This document shows positions 1-8,165 of a DNA stretch of 32,000 nt, in pieces. How positions within the stretch are numbered: the first letter of the stretch is position 1; each line of letters starts with the position of its first letter. The translations under genes were made by a program, and so were the position numbers. The notes under the pieces are model-generated. The model did not search any database. It was not told the DNA's origin and was given only the letters and a program-made list of their open reading frames with translations. The stretch spans positions 1,215,622 to 1,247,621 of the forward strand of contig CP113000.1 of the NCBI GenBank assembly GCA_026625185.1. The letters are read 5' to 3'. This DNA comes from Thermodesulfobacteriota bacterium. GTDB lineage: Bacteria; Desulfobacterota; WTBG01; JAGOGO01.

Positions 1-160
1 CTGGGTCAACGGTATAATGCATCCGCCCTACAGCACATCGGGCTTTGAAAGTTCCCACATGATCAGCCCAGTTCAGTAAGGTGGATACTTGCGGAACCTC
101 TCCTGCCGGAGTCTGAACCGAACCAACAACAAAGGGTTGGTTGAAACCAGGAAAACCCAA
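1..160 (-). CDS. HgcA-like / CFeSP-type corrinoid protein, N-terminal part (gene runs off the left edge)
   Basis: The reverse strand of 1-160 reads (L/M)GFPGFNQPFVVGSVQTPAGEVPQVSTLLNWADHVGTFKARCAVGRMHYTVDP. From memory this matches the N-terminal 'G..-TP-G-VP-V-T-L...D-G...R....R..Y.V.PG' block of HgcA and acetyl-CoA-synthase-gamma-like corrinoid proteins. The start is assumed at TTG 160-158, with AAGG 5 nt upstream. The frame stays open up to ATG 289 except for a TGA at 184-182. Confidence 0.4.
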   Translation of the reverse strand, partial: MGFPGFNQPFVVGSVQTPAGEVPQVSTLLNWADHVGTFKARCAVGRMHYTVDP

Positions 161-753
161 CTGGGCCTTTTTCTCCTTGGTTCAGAGTTTGGTAGATGAG
201 GAAATCCGTGAAACGGATTCATTACCGCGACTACTTTCCGTCAGTGTCCCACATCTGATTTCGGTTGTATCCTTTTTTGTTTCGTCCATGTTTAACAATT
301 CGTAGTTAACAAACAAGAAAATGAGTTTGTGATAGTTATGATTCTATTTAACCAAAATTCCGGTGAAAATTAAAGGTTTTTTACGGTGGAAGATAGTATA
401 TATTAGGGTAGGCCTTTATTATCAGAGGTTTTTGATTGCCTGCCAGAGTCTGTAATAGCAAAATGTTTGATAATACTTATGCTATTCAGGTCTTACGAAT
501 TAATCTTAGAAGGTGAAAGTCAATAATAATTAAATACGTTGGGATAAAAACACCACGATGAAGTGAGAACTTTACTTTTTTAAAGATTGCCAAATTTTAA
601 AGACGTTAACAACAATCTAAAAATCTTCTCTTAAATATGGTATTATGAAAAATTAAAAAAGGTATCCAGACGTGAAGGGCCAAGATTTTTTGATCCTGAC
701 GGTAAAATTTTAAATAAGCCTTTTTGCTGCATTACAATAGAAAGGTGCAAAAA

Positions 754-1260
754 ATGTCAAATCGAGTTCGATCCCTTATCGTTATTTGCTGCCTTGTTTT
801 TTGCTCTGGGTGTGGGCATGTGATTTCAAAAGATCTCAGAAATAAGGTGGATCCATCGCTAACCTTCGGAGAGGTAATCCAAAACCCGATTGCCTATAAA
901 GGAAAAACTGTGGTCTGGGGTGGAGAGATTGTCCAGACCCTCAACCAAAAAAATGGAACGGCTGAGATTGAGGTTTTCCAAATACCTTTGGCCTCGAGGA
1001 CGGATGCACCAAAAGCAGCAAAGGATTCAGAGGGCAGATTTTTAATTCTGGCAGATAAATATTTAGATCCGAATCTCTACCAGAAAGAAAAAAGAATTAC
1101 TGTGGCGGGTGAAATTTTGGGGGAACAAATTAAGCCTCTCGGAGACATGGATTACCGTTATCCTATTATTTCGAGCAAACAAATCCACCTCTGGAAAGAA
1201 CCTAATTACCGTCCTTATCTCCCCTTCTCTTTATCGGTGGGGGGAGCATTTTCCTTTTGA
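754..1260 (+). CDS. Slp-family outer-membrane lipoprotein
   Basis: ATG 754 follows AAAGG. The signal peptide ends in a Cys-containing lipobox-like FCSGC. The body (YKGKTVVWGGEIV...EIEV...GRFL...YLDP..Y....ITVAGEI) resembles the Slp family. The ORF-track start at 724 is a TTG and less likely. Confidence 0.75.
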   Translation: MSNRVRSLIVICCLVFCSGCGHVISKDLRNKVDPSLTFGEVIQNPIAYKGKTVVWGGEIVQTLNQKNGTAEIEVFQIPLASRTDAPKAAKDSEGRFLILADKYLDPNLYQKEKRITVAGEILGEQIKPLGDMDYRYPIISSKQIHLWKEPNYRPYLPFSLSVGGAFSF

Positions 1261-1401
1261 TTTATGGTGGAGAAATCTCTGTTCGGGGATAAAACTCGGC
1301 TTCAGTAGTTATTGTGGCCGCTATTATTGGTGACCTGGCGGTGGAGGAAACCATGGCGGTGGATTCCGAAGATAATTTTGGTTAAAATAGATTTTATTTG
1401 T

Positions 1402-1410
1402 TGGTATAAT
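1402..1410 (+). promoter_or_regulatory. Possible extended -10 promoter (TGGTATAAT) with no adjacent gene
   Basis: A perfect TATAAT at 1405-1410 is preceded by TG at 1402-1403. The next plus-strand CDS starts about 370 nt downstream at 1780. Confidence 0.3.
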
Positions 1411-1779
1411 AGTTGCTAAGTTCTCTGCAGGACTTCAATTAATAAAACCAGTATAACAAAACCCCAACATTCGTGAGGTTGGGCCGGAAACCCACGGGTC
1501 TTAACTAATTGAAAGATACCCGTTTTGCCAAAAATGTTAAGCGGCTAAAATAATGGTAGATATGTCTGCCAACCCAACTTATTAAGGACTTGAATCGCGG
1601 GCGTAGTCGTGCTTTTTTGACCTGCGCTTAGAAATAAAAAGAGCAGAAATATGGGAAAAGGCCTGGACAGAAACCTTCTGCACGGACTCCCCTTCTTAGG
1701 GAAGCGATTGGGAACCTTCGTGAACAAGGTTTCGCTTTTTTGACTTATCCTTAAAATAACAGAGAAGGGAGACGGTATT

Positions 1780-3033
1780 ATGGCAATCAAAACGATCCCG
1801 GCACCCAAAACCGTCGTGGAACTTGGCGTTTCTAAGAAATTTCTCGAAGACCTTGCGATCAAGACCCTGTACTTGGGAAGCGAAATGCCGGGGGATCAAC
1901 TGGCACGCCAAATGGGTCTCAGCCTAAGCATAGTTTCGGAACTATTTCAACGCCTGCGCAAGGATCAGTTCTGCGAAATCATCGGTCTGGAGAACAATGG
2001 CATAGACTTCCGTTACACAACCACCTCGGCAGGGAAGTCGCGGGCCCTGGAACTGTTTGCCCAAAGCCAGTACGCTGGCCCTGCGCCCGTGTCCCTCCAA
2101 GACTACGTCACCCGCACTAACGCCCAAAGCATGAGCGACATTGAGATCACACCCGATGAACTCAGTCGCGCCTTCGAGGACCTGGTACTCGACATGCAGA
2201 CGCTTAACCAATTGGGCCCCGCGGTTCAGTCCGGACGTGTCATCTACCTCTACGGACCGACGGGGACGGGCAAGTCCATCATCGCTGAGACGCTTACCCG
2301 CCTCTTTGATAACCGCGGCATCTGGCTTCCCTATGCGGTTGAAGTGGATGGTCAAATCATCACGGTGTACGACCCGGTTCAGCACCAGAGGTTGGCGCAA
2401 CCTCTGGCCCCTGACCATGACGGCCGCTGGGTGCTTTGTCACCGTCCTCACGTCATAATCGGCGGTGAGCTGACCATTGAGATGCTAGACCTGCAATTCA
2501 ATCCCAGCATTAACTATTACGCCGGGCCCGCGCAGATGAAAGCTAACAACGGCCTTCTCATCGTAGATGACTTCGGGCGCCAGCGCATCAGCCACGAGCA
2601 ACTGCTCAACCGCTGGGTGGTTCCCCTTGACCGCCGGATCGACTTCCTTACCTTGGCGGGGGGTAAGAAGATCGAGATCCCTTTCGACCTACTCCTAGTC
2701 TTCGCCAGCAATATGGAACCCAACGACTCACTTGCGGACAAAGCTTTCCTGCGCCGCGTGCAGACCAAAATAAAACTGGACTTTGCCACCCACGACCAGT
2801 TCCGTGAAATTTTTCGGCGCGTTTGCCTGCAGTTCAACCTCATCTACGATGTGGCCGTAGTGGATGAACTGATCCGGATGATCCGTGTGGATTACAAGGA
2901 GTCCTTACGGCCTTGTTATCCCCGCGACATCGTTCAACAAATACTTTGGGACGCGCGCTATTGGCAGAAAGAACCCCATTTTGATCTTGAATCTGTAACC
3001 CGGGCTTGTCACAACTACTTTATTGCGCCGTAG
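1780..3033 (+). CDS. AAA+ family ATPase with N-terminal winged-helix-like region
   Basis: Walker A is GPTGTGKS, Walker B is LLIVDDFG, and the sensor/arginine region is DKAFLRRV. An RBS GAAGGGAG lies upstream. The gene looks GC-richer than its AT-rich flanks by eye. I do not recognise the subfamily. Confidence 0.8.
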   Translation: MAIKTIPAPKTVVELGVSKKFLEDLAIKTLYLGSEMPGDQLARQMGLSLSIVSELFQRLRKDQFCEIIGLENNGIDFRYTTTSAGKSRALELFAQSQYAGPAPVSLQDYVTRTNAQSMSDIEITPDELSRAFEDLVLDMQTLNQLGPAVQSGRVIYLYGPTGTGKSIIAETLTRLFDNRGIWLPYAVEVDGQIITVYDPVQHQRLAQPLAPDHDGRWVLCHRPHVIIGGELTIEMLDLQFNPSINYYAGPAQMKANNGLLIVDDFGRQRISHEQLLNRWVVPLDRRIDFLTLAGGKKIEIPFDLLLVFASNMEPNDSLADKAFLRRVQTKIKLDFATHDQFREIFRRVCLQFNLIYDVAVVDELIRMIRVDYKESLRPCYPRDIVQQILWDARYWQKEPHFDLESVTRACHNYFIAP

Positions 3034-3058
3034 AACTCGCATTCTGAGGACCTTGTTA

Positions 3059-3334
3059 TGGGTTTTTTACTATGAAATCCAACGTGCTCCTTTGCGCAAA
3101 CGGCTGCAGAATATCGTAGACGATTCCCATTTGCCGCTCGAACTTGCTTTACAATCAGCCGCTTTGGGACTTTGACGTTGGGATATACTCGAGGATAGAC
3201 TATATTTTGACAAACAGACCGGTAAACTTCTGGGAATCAACTCGGCCCCATTTATCGGGTTGGGGGAGGACTTTTTCAGGGGAATGCATCCCTATGAACG
3301 GGAGATGATTAAGGCGAAAACTGCAGTGTTATAG
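3059..3334 (+). pseudogene. PAS-domain-like mini-ORF interrupted by in-frame TGA
   Basis: The frame reads ...LELALQSAALGL[TGA]RWDILEDRLYFDKQTGKLLGI...FFRGMHPYEREMIKA. This resembles the start of a PAS sensor domain (A..a.lG.W.wD ... HPeD). The TGA at 3173-3175 sits where that family has Trp, consistent with TGG to TGA. The ORF is only about 91 codons, so it is a remnant. Confidence 0.4.
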
Positions 3335-3698
3335 TTAAAGTGGACACTTCAGTATATTGAGATTTGAAGAGACAATATATCTATGCCTTGCGTGATAAGC
3401 ATGGCTAATATTTAGGTCAATCTCACCGCCGGGTGCTTTTTAATTTTTTGCCTCCTCAATCTCTTTGTAAATTTATCGACGAATTTAACTGGCTTGTCTT
3501 TGCAAGGAGATTTACAAGACTCCTGATTGGCGTGTCCTTTTTAGAGCAATTGATTTCTATTTTTAAAGTTTTTAGTTCTTTCAAAAGAGTTAACCGCTTT
3601 ATCTAAAATCTGAACTGCTTCTCTTAGTGTTCAGGGGAGAGGTGAGCAAACCTCTGTCATATTAAAATTTTTGTGTCCCAAGAGTGCTTAAACAATAC

Positions 3699-4442
3699 TT
3701 AAGGCACAGGAGGAGGACCGGGTTCCAATTCCGGAGGCGCATGATGGTGGTGCATTTTCGGTGGCATCTCCTCGCATCGCTCTTCTTGAATTTTTTGATA
3801 CTCCTTTAATTGTTCTTCGGTCAGAACTGAGCCCAGCCGCCTTTCAACGTCTTTGTCAAGGGCCTGCAGGTTATTTTCCAATTCACGCCTATCCGCTTGT
3901 TCTTGTTCCCTATGTTTTTCAAATATAGCTCTCTTTGCCCCCACGCCCGCATCCAGAATCGGGCGAATCTTCTCTTCTTGCTCTTTGGTTAAATTAAGAC
4001 GCTCTTTCATGGTAGCAAATAATTGATCAGGCATTCCGCCCATCATATGCGGATGGGGCATACCTCGTGGGCCCATTCGCCCCCTGGTTTTTAGCTCCTC
4101 ATGTAATTTGTCCAGCTTTTTTTTCTGCTCGTCGTTTAGTTTTTCTTTTATCTGGCTGATGGCATCATCTATAATTTTTTCAAATTCCGGGCGATATTTT
4201 TTCCTGAAACTTACTATCTTTTCCTCTGCCTGGCGCACAATTTTTTCTATATCCGCTTTTTGTGTTTCCGTTAGATCGAGTTCATGAACCATTTTTCTCA
4301 TTAATATATGCATGAGCGGCGGCCGCCCTCTGACGAATTGCTCAAACCTATGCTTAAAATAAAGTTTGTTTCCTAAAGAACCCGCCAGTATACCCAATGT
4401 AAAAACCAGAAGTATTATTATTGCTACTTTGAGTTTGTCCAT
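3699..4442 (-). CDS. Spy/CpxP-family (LTxxQ) periplasmic protein, membrane-anchored, Met/His-rich
   Basis: It has an N-terminal hydrophobic anchor and repeated LTxxQ motifs (LDLTETQ, LNLTKEQ, LTEEQ). Met/His-rich stretches include GMPHPHMMGGMP and PPKMHHHHAPP. An RBS AAGGAGGG lies upstream. Confidence 0.75.
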   Translation of the reverse strand: MDKLKVAIIILLVFTLGILAGSLGNKLYFKHRFEQFVRGRPPLMHILMRKMVHELDLTETQKADIEKIVRQAEEKIVSFRKKYRPEFEKIIDDAISQIKEKLNDEQKKKLDKLHEELKTRGRMGPRGMPHPHMMGGMPDQLFATMKERLNLTKEQEEKIRPILDAGVGAKRAIFEKHREQEQADRRELENNLQALDKDVERRLGSVLTEEQLKEYQKIQEERCEEMPPKMHHHHAPPELEPGPPPVP

Positions 4443-4456
4443 TATCTTATCCCTCC

Positions 4457-4780
4457 TTATAGCCCGGGCATTTCTACATAGCTCGCCTCAATGGGTTGCT
4501 CTATAGAAATTTTTGCCATTTCATCTTCAGAAACAAAATCGAGCTTGACCATCCAAAAAGTTAATAAAGCAATTACAATACAGGCAGCGGGCGCAAAGCG
4601 CCATCCAAATTGCTCAAAAAGTTCAAGCGGGCTGGTTTTAAAAGGAAGTGCCCCGAGGCTGCGGATGTGTTGCATGACACTCATTTCCCATTGCTCACTC
4701 ACCTGGGGTTTTGCTTTTCCTCGATATGCTTTTCTGAGCGCATTTTCCAAATTTGTATAATCTTTTTGCTGAAAATTCAT
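4457..4780 (-). CDS. Putative anti-sigma factor (single-pass membrane protein)
   Basis: It lies immediately downstream of the ECF sigma gene with a GGGAGG RBS. It has one hydrophobic helix (APAACIVIALLTFWMV). The call is positional only, and no zf-HC2 motif is present. Confidence 0.45.
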   Translation of the reverse strand: MNFQQKDYTNLENALRKAYRGKAKPQVSEQWEMSVMQHIRSLGALPFKTSPLELFEQFGWRFAPAACIVIALLTFWMVKLDFVSEDEMAKISIEQPIEASYVEMPGL

Positions 4781-4790
4781 AGCGCCTCCC

Positions 4791-5381
4791 CTATTTTTCC
4801 AAAAATCGGGTAATAATTTTGCGGAGTTTTTTCCGTGAGCGAAATATGCGAATTTTCACATTTGCAACGCTCCACCCAAGAAGGCCGGCAGCCTCTTTGG
4901 CCGAAAGGCCCTCAAAATAAACCAATTCTAAAACAATTCTATCCTCGGGCGACAATTTATCCAAAGCCCTATCCAATAATTCACGGGCTTCCTCCTGGGA
5001 ATTCTCCTGGGAGGTGGCTTGGATAAATTGGTTAGCCAGCGCTTTCTCCATAAAGTTTTGCTCTTCTTCCGAACAAGAACTCATCGGGATTTCGCGGGAA
5101 CGATATTCTTTTCTCCAGAAATCGTAACAGGTTCTTACGGCAATTGCCGACAGCCACTGTTTAAAGCCGCCCCTGAATTTAAAAGTCCCCAGGGACCGAT
5201 ACGCTTTTACAAAAACCTCATGCGCTACCTCTTCTGTCTGGTTAAACGGTATGTGATTGCCCACAACAGCTAAAATGTGCCCCTGGTATTTTTGCACCAA
5301 GACCCCAAACGCGTTAATGTCACCGGCAGTAACCCGGCGCACAATGTCATGGTCGTCAACATTAGTAGTATAAGTAGGCAT
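4791..5381 (-). CDS. ECF-type RNA polymerase sigma-70 family factor
   Basis: Region 2 reads FGVLVQKYQGHI...EVAHEVFVKAY. Region 4 reads DRIVLELVYFEGLSAKEAAGLLGWSVANVKIRIFRSRKKL. The start is placed at ATG 5381 (MPTYTT...). The 5534 start in the ORF track adds 51 residues unlike any sigma factor. Confidence 0.85.
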   Translation of the reverse strand: MPTYTTNVDDHDIVRRVTAGDINAFGVLVQKYQGHILAVVGNHIPFNQTEEVAHEVFVKAYRSLGTFKFRGGFKQWLSAIAVRTCYDFWRKEYRSREIPMSSCSEEEQNFMEKALANQFIQATSQENSQEEARELLDRALDKLSPEDRIVLELVYFEGLSAKEAAGLLGWSVANVKIRIFRSRKKLRKIITRFLEK

Positions 5382-5551
5382 CTCTAACGATAAAGCAGCG
5401 AGTTGCTCGGCTTTGAATTTTAAACAGCTTTTTTCGCCTCTGCTTATTTTAAACTGTTTGCAAAATTTTACAACCGAGTTTCGGGGCAGGAAGATAAAAT
5501 TCTCTTCCAGCCCCGTTCGGCAAATGCCAATCACTGTCGTTAAGAGTTCGG

Positions 5552-6178
5552 TTAATCGCCTTGTTCCGGGGGCGGCTGAGGGGTCATATGGGGCTCAGCG
5601 AATGCCCCGTGATGTCCTGGCCGTGAACCCCAGCGGCTTTTCTCGCAAAACTCCTTTCTTGCTTCAATGCGCCCCTTCAGGTATCCGACCTGTTCAGGAC
5701 TAAGTACCGCCTTTAGCTCTGGAATCATTTTTGTTCTTAGCAAGGCTAAGTTTTCCTTATTTGACGATACCTGTTGAAAACATTTACGGAAAGCATTTTC
5801 ATCAAATTCTTTGGCAGAAACCACTGTGTTTAGCTGTTGTTGCGCTTCCCTGAGGCTTTCTATGAGCTTTTTTCTTTCGTCCTGGTTTTTGGTCAAAATA
5901 TCATCAACCTTTTTCTTTTGGTCGGCCGTCAGGTCGAGCTCATTGATTATTTTCCCGCATCCGTCCATTATGTGCTCAAACATACATGGCGGTTGCCAGC
6001 CTCCCCCAAATCCTCCCATTCTATGCCCAAGCATGAACGGCATTGGCCCACCTTCAGCGAATCGCTCAAATCTGTGCTTAATTTTGTGAATAAAGTATAG
6101 TTGGTTTCCCCACACTCCTGCCAGGGCGCCTAAAATAAACACCAGAAGCAGGCCGCCAATTAATTTGGGTTTATTCAT
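5552..6178 (-). CDS. Spy/CpxP-family (LTxxQ) periplasmic protein, membrane-anchored
   Basis: It has an N-terminal anchor, the motifs LDLTADQKKKV and LSPEQ, and Gly/Met/His/Cys-containing segments. It is the first gene of the sigma operon. Confidence 0.7.
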   Translation of the reverse strand: MNKPKLIGGLLLVFILGALAGVWGNQLYFIHKIKHRFERFAEGGPMPFMLGHRMGGFGGGWQPPCMFEHIMDGCGKIINELDLTADQKKKVDDILTKNQDERKKLIESLREAQQQLNTVVSAKEFDENAFRKCFQQVSSNKENLALLRTKMIPELKAVLSPEQVGYLKGRIEARKEFCEKSRWGSRPGHHGAFAEPHMTPQPPPEQGD

Positions 6179-6387
6179 GGGTTATCCTTTCATGGCAAAG
6201 GTTATTGTTTATCTTCCTTATCGTTAGAAGCTTTATGACGCCAACTCCCTTAAAGCTGCATGAACCAAAAGGAGGATCCTCCATAGAACCATTCTTTGAC
6301 TTTCGTCTGCCCATTTTCCCTTCACCAATATAGTTGCAGACCGATCCGAAAAAGTTACAAGAAATTAGGTAGTGCTGAAGTTTTTAA

Positions 6388-6600
6388 AAGCCCTGCGAGA
6401 CACCATGCGCGGGCGCTGGTTTTGCCGACACCCAAGAGCTTGAAAAGATCGATGCCCGGGGAATCAGAGTGGTGGTTCCCTCTCAACGGCAGGCGTTACA
6501 CGAACAGGAAGGTCCGTTCAGCAAAAACAAGTTCAGGTATGACCAGGGGAAGGATTGTTGCTTTTGTCCGGAAGGGGAAAACATCATTCTTGGGTGTTGA
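6388..6600 (+). mobile_element. Internal fragment of an IS5/IS1182-superfamily DDE transposase (remnant)
   Basis: The frame reads ...AGAGFADTQELEKIDARGIRVVVPSQRQ...GPFSKNKFRYDQGKDCCFCPEGENII. From memory this matches the '(D)AGY..ge.le.le.rGI...ip ... F.k..F.yD...d.y.CPaG' block of IS1182-like transposases. It has no start codon, is bounded by stops, and overlaps the 3' end of the minus-strand gene at 6584. Confidence 0.45.
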
Positions 6601-8029
6601 TATCAAGCCCGATCGCCTGCCGATGCCGTTCCCAAGTATTGTCGAGAAGCAGAAAGTAACCGAACAGCTGGTACTTATATTCTGCGGGGTCAACCGAAGT
6701 ATGAAACGTCACGAAAGGAAGTGTTGAATAGATGAGCTGTCCGAGGAAAAGGCCTTCGGCTATCTCGACAAGTTCATCCAGGCACATCCCGATCGGCGCC
6801 GGACTCCCTATCATCGGGTACCGGTAATGAAACTGGAATACTCTCTTCTTTTTTTCTCCATGGTTGTTCATCGGCAGAATCGATTCCTGATCGGAAACCC
6901 CCAGGAAGATGTAGCCTTGCCTTACAAAAGGAGATGGTCCTGAATCCGCCAGCTGCTGAACAGAAGGAACGGGCGGATGATAATTCATGTCAAGCATCCG
7001 CATCAAGTTGTCCGCGGCAAGGATACGAGAATCTTCCAGGTTGGTTCCGAATACCCAGCGTTTTTCAGCTTCATGTTTCCAGAATGCTTTATCGGTCACG
7101 GACATTCCTTTATCCCACGAACCGCTTTTAAGATTTTTAGCATACGGCCCTTCCTTGCTCCAAAACCGATCCCGGTTCTTTTTGACAAGGTCGTAGTGGG
7201 GCCAGCTCGCCGTGTGATTTTTGAGTTCCGTAAATCGCTCGGGATAGCGTTCAAAAAGATCGGCGCTCTCATCCAAAAGCATGCTCAGCTTACGTCCGCT
7301 TATCCGTTCAAAGGATTTACCCGCCCAGGGGAAGATGAATCGCCCGAGGGAAGCCCAGACAGCATCCAAAACGTTCGGACCCCTTTGATCGCTCTGAAGC
7401 AGAAAGGCCAGCCCGCTGGGGAAAACGCTGTTGTCAGCGATACCCTGCCGCAGAGTGTCACAAAATCCTAAATGAAGATTAAGGGTTGCACCATGGTAAT
7501 AATCGAATCCAAGGCACGGTTCTTCCTTGCTGTACCAGAAGAGCTTCTCAGGCGCATCGAAACGTGCATTGAACCCCTTTCCCTGGCCATGAAACATTCC
7601 GTTCAGAACACGGGGGGCAATACCGCTTCGGAACAACCGGTTCAGCTTTTCAAAGTGCCGCAGATGGTCATCCGGGGCGCTTTGAAAAGCAATCTCCTTC
7701 TGAATCCGTTGAAGCATCTGAAGAATTGATTCTCTCTCCTGGAGAAGCCCCCTTACGTCCCCATCATTATTGTTGGGTGAAGGCTCGAGACAAAATGAGG
7801 TGAATTTCCTGCGTAGTTGCTCATAGCCCTGCCAATCTGACGCCCAATTTGCGATTGCGGCGAATCCGGTCTCGTTTGGCTCCATCTTGGGCCCTGTTAC
7901 GGGTGAAGGACGAGCAGCCTGCTTGTCGTACCCCAATTCCGTGTACCCGCTTTCACCGCGTCTGGGACGCAGTGACGGAAAGGCGTCATCTGCATAAGCC
8001 TCCCGCGCAAAAGCGGGATCTATCATCAA
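6584..8029 (-). CDS. Large hypothetical protein (last gene of the operon); likely N-terminally longer via a frameshift, see findings
   Basis: This is a long ORF with no motif I recognise. Near its C-terminus, PAPIGMCLDELVEIAEGLFLGQ echoes the C-terminus of the upstream jelly-roll protein (YPITRLVDELVQIADGVY). A 46-codon ORF (8166-8026) that is translationally coupled to the upstream gene joins this frame if the T7 run gains one T. Confidence 0.6.
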   Translation of the reverse strand: MMIDPAFAREAYADDAFPSLRPRRGESGYTELGYDKQAARPSPVTGPKMEPNETGFAAIANWASDWQGYEQLRRKFTSFCLEPSPNNNDGDVRGLLQERESILQMLQRIQKEIAFQSAPDDHLRHFEKLNRLFRSGIAPRVLNGMFHGQGKGFNARFDAPEKLFWYSKEEPCLGFDYYHGATLNLHLGFCDTLRQGIADNSVFPSGLAFLLQSDQRGPNVLDAVWASLGRFIFPWAGKSFERISGRKLSMLLDESADLFERYPERFTELKNHTASWPHYDLVKKNRDRFWSKEGPYAKNLKSGSWDKGMSVTDKAFWKHEAEKRWVFGTNLEDSRILAADNLMRMLDMNYHPPVPSVQQLADSGPSPFVRQGYIFLGVSDQESILPMNNHGEKKKRVFQFHYRYPMIGSPAPIGMCLDELVEIAEGLFLGQLIYSTLPFVTFHTSVDPAEYKYQLFGYFLLLDNTWERHRQAIGLDINTQE

Positions 8030-8165
8030 AAAAAGCCATTATTCTGGTAACCGTAGTCAATGTTAGCCGTACCGGGGTGATACGGCTCGCCGATCTCCCA
8101 GTTCTTTGCTTGCAGACCCGGGATATTTACCCTCAATGCCCCCAGGCTGTAATGCTCTGTAGCCA

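Noticed and set aside
290-720. A cobalamin riboswitch upstream of the HgcA-like corrinoid protein gene
   Set aside because: I looked for the B12-box (GCCACTG on the minus strand, CAGTGGC on the plus strand) and conserved flanking helices and found none. The region is simply AT-rich.
1942-2451. Long antisense or out-of-frame ORFs inside real genes (for example 1942-2451, 6977-7471, 12125-12664, 14954-15406, 17437-18057, 22298-22903, 23840-24397, 24626-25030)
   Set aside because: Each lies entirely within a gene whose product has clear family motifs on the other strand or frame. Their translations are low-complexity or Arg/Ser/Pro-rich, as is typical of shadow ORFs in GC-richer coding DNA.
4791-5534. 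The 247-aa version of the ECF sigma factor starting at 5534
   Set aside because: The extra 51 N-terminal residues (MIGICRTGLEENFIFLP...) have no sigma-factor counterpart. ATG 5381 gives a canonical ~196-aa ECF sigma.
6296-6727. 143-aa plus-strand ORF as a real gene
   Set aside because: It is a chimeric reading across the transposase remnant in the wrong frame and the antisense of the 481-aa gene's 3' end. The transposase similarity is in a different frame (6388-6600).
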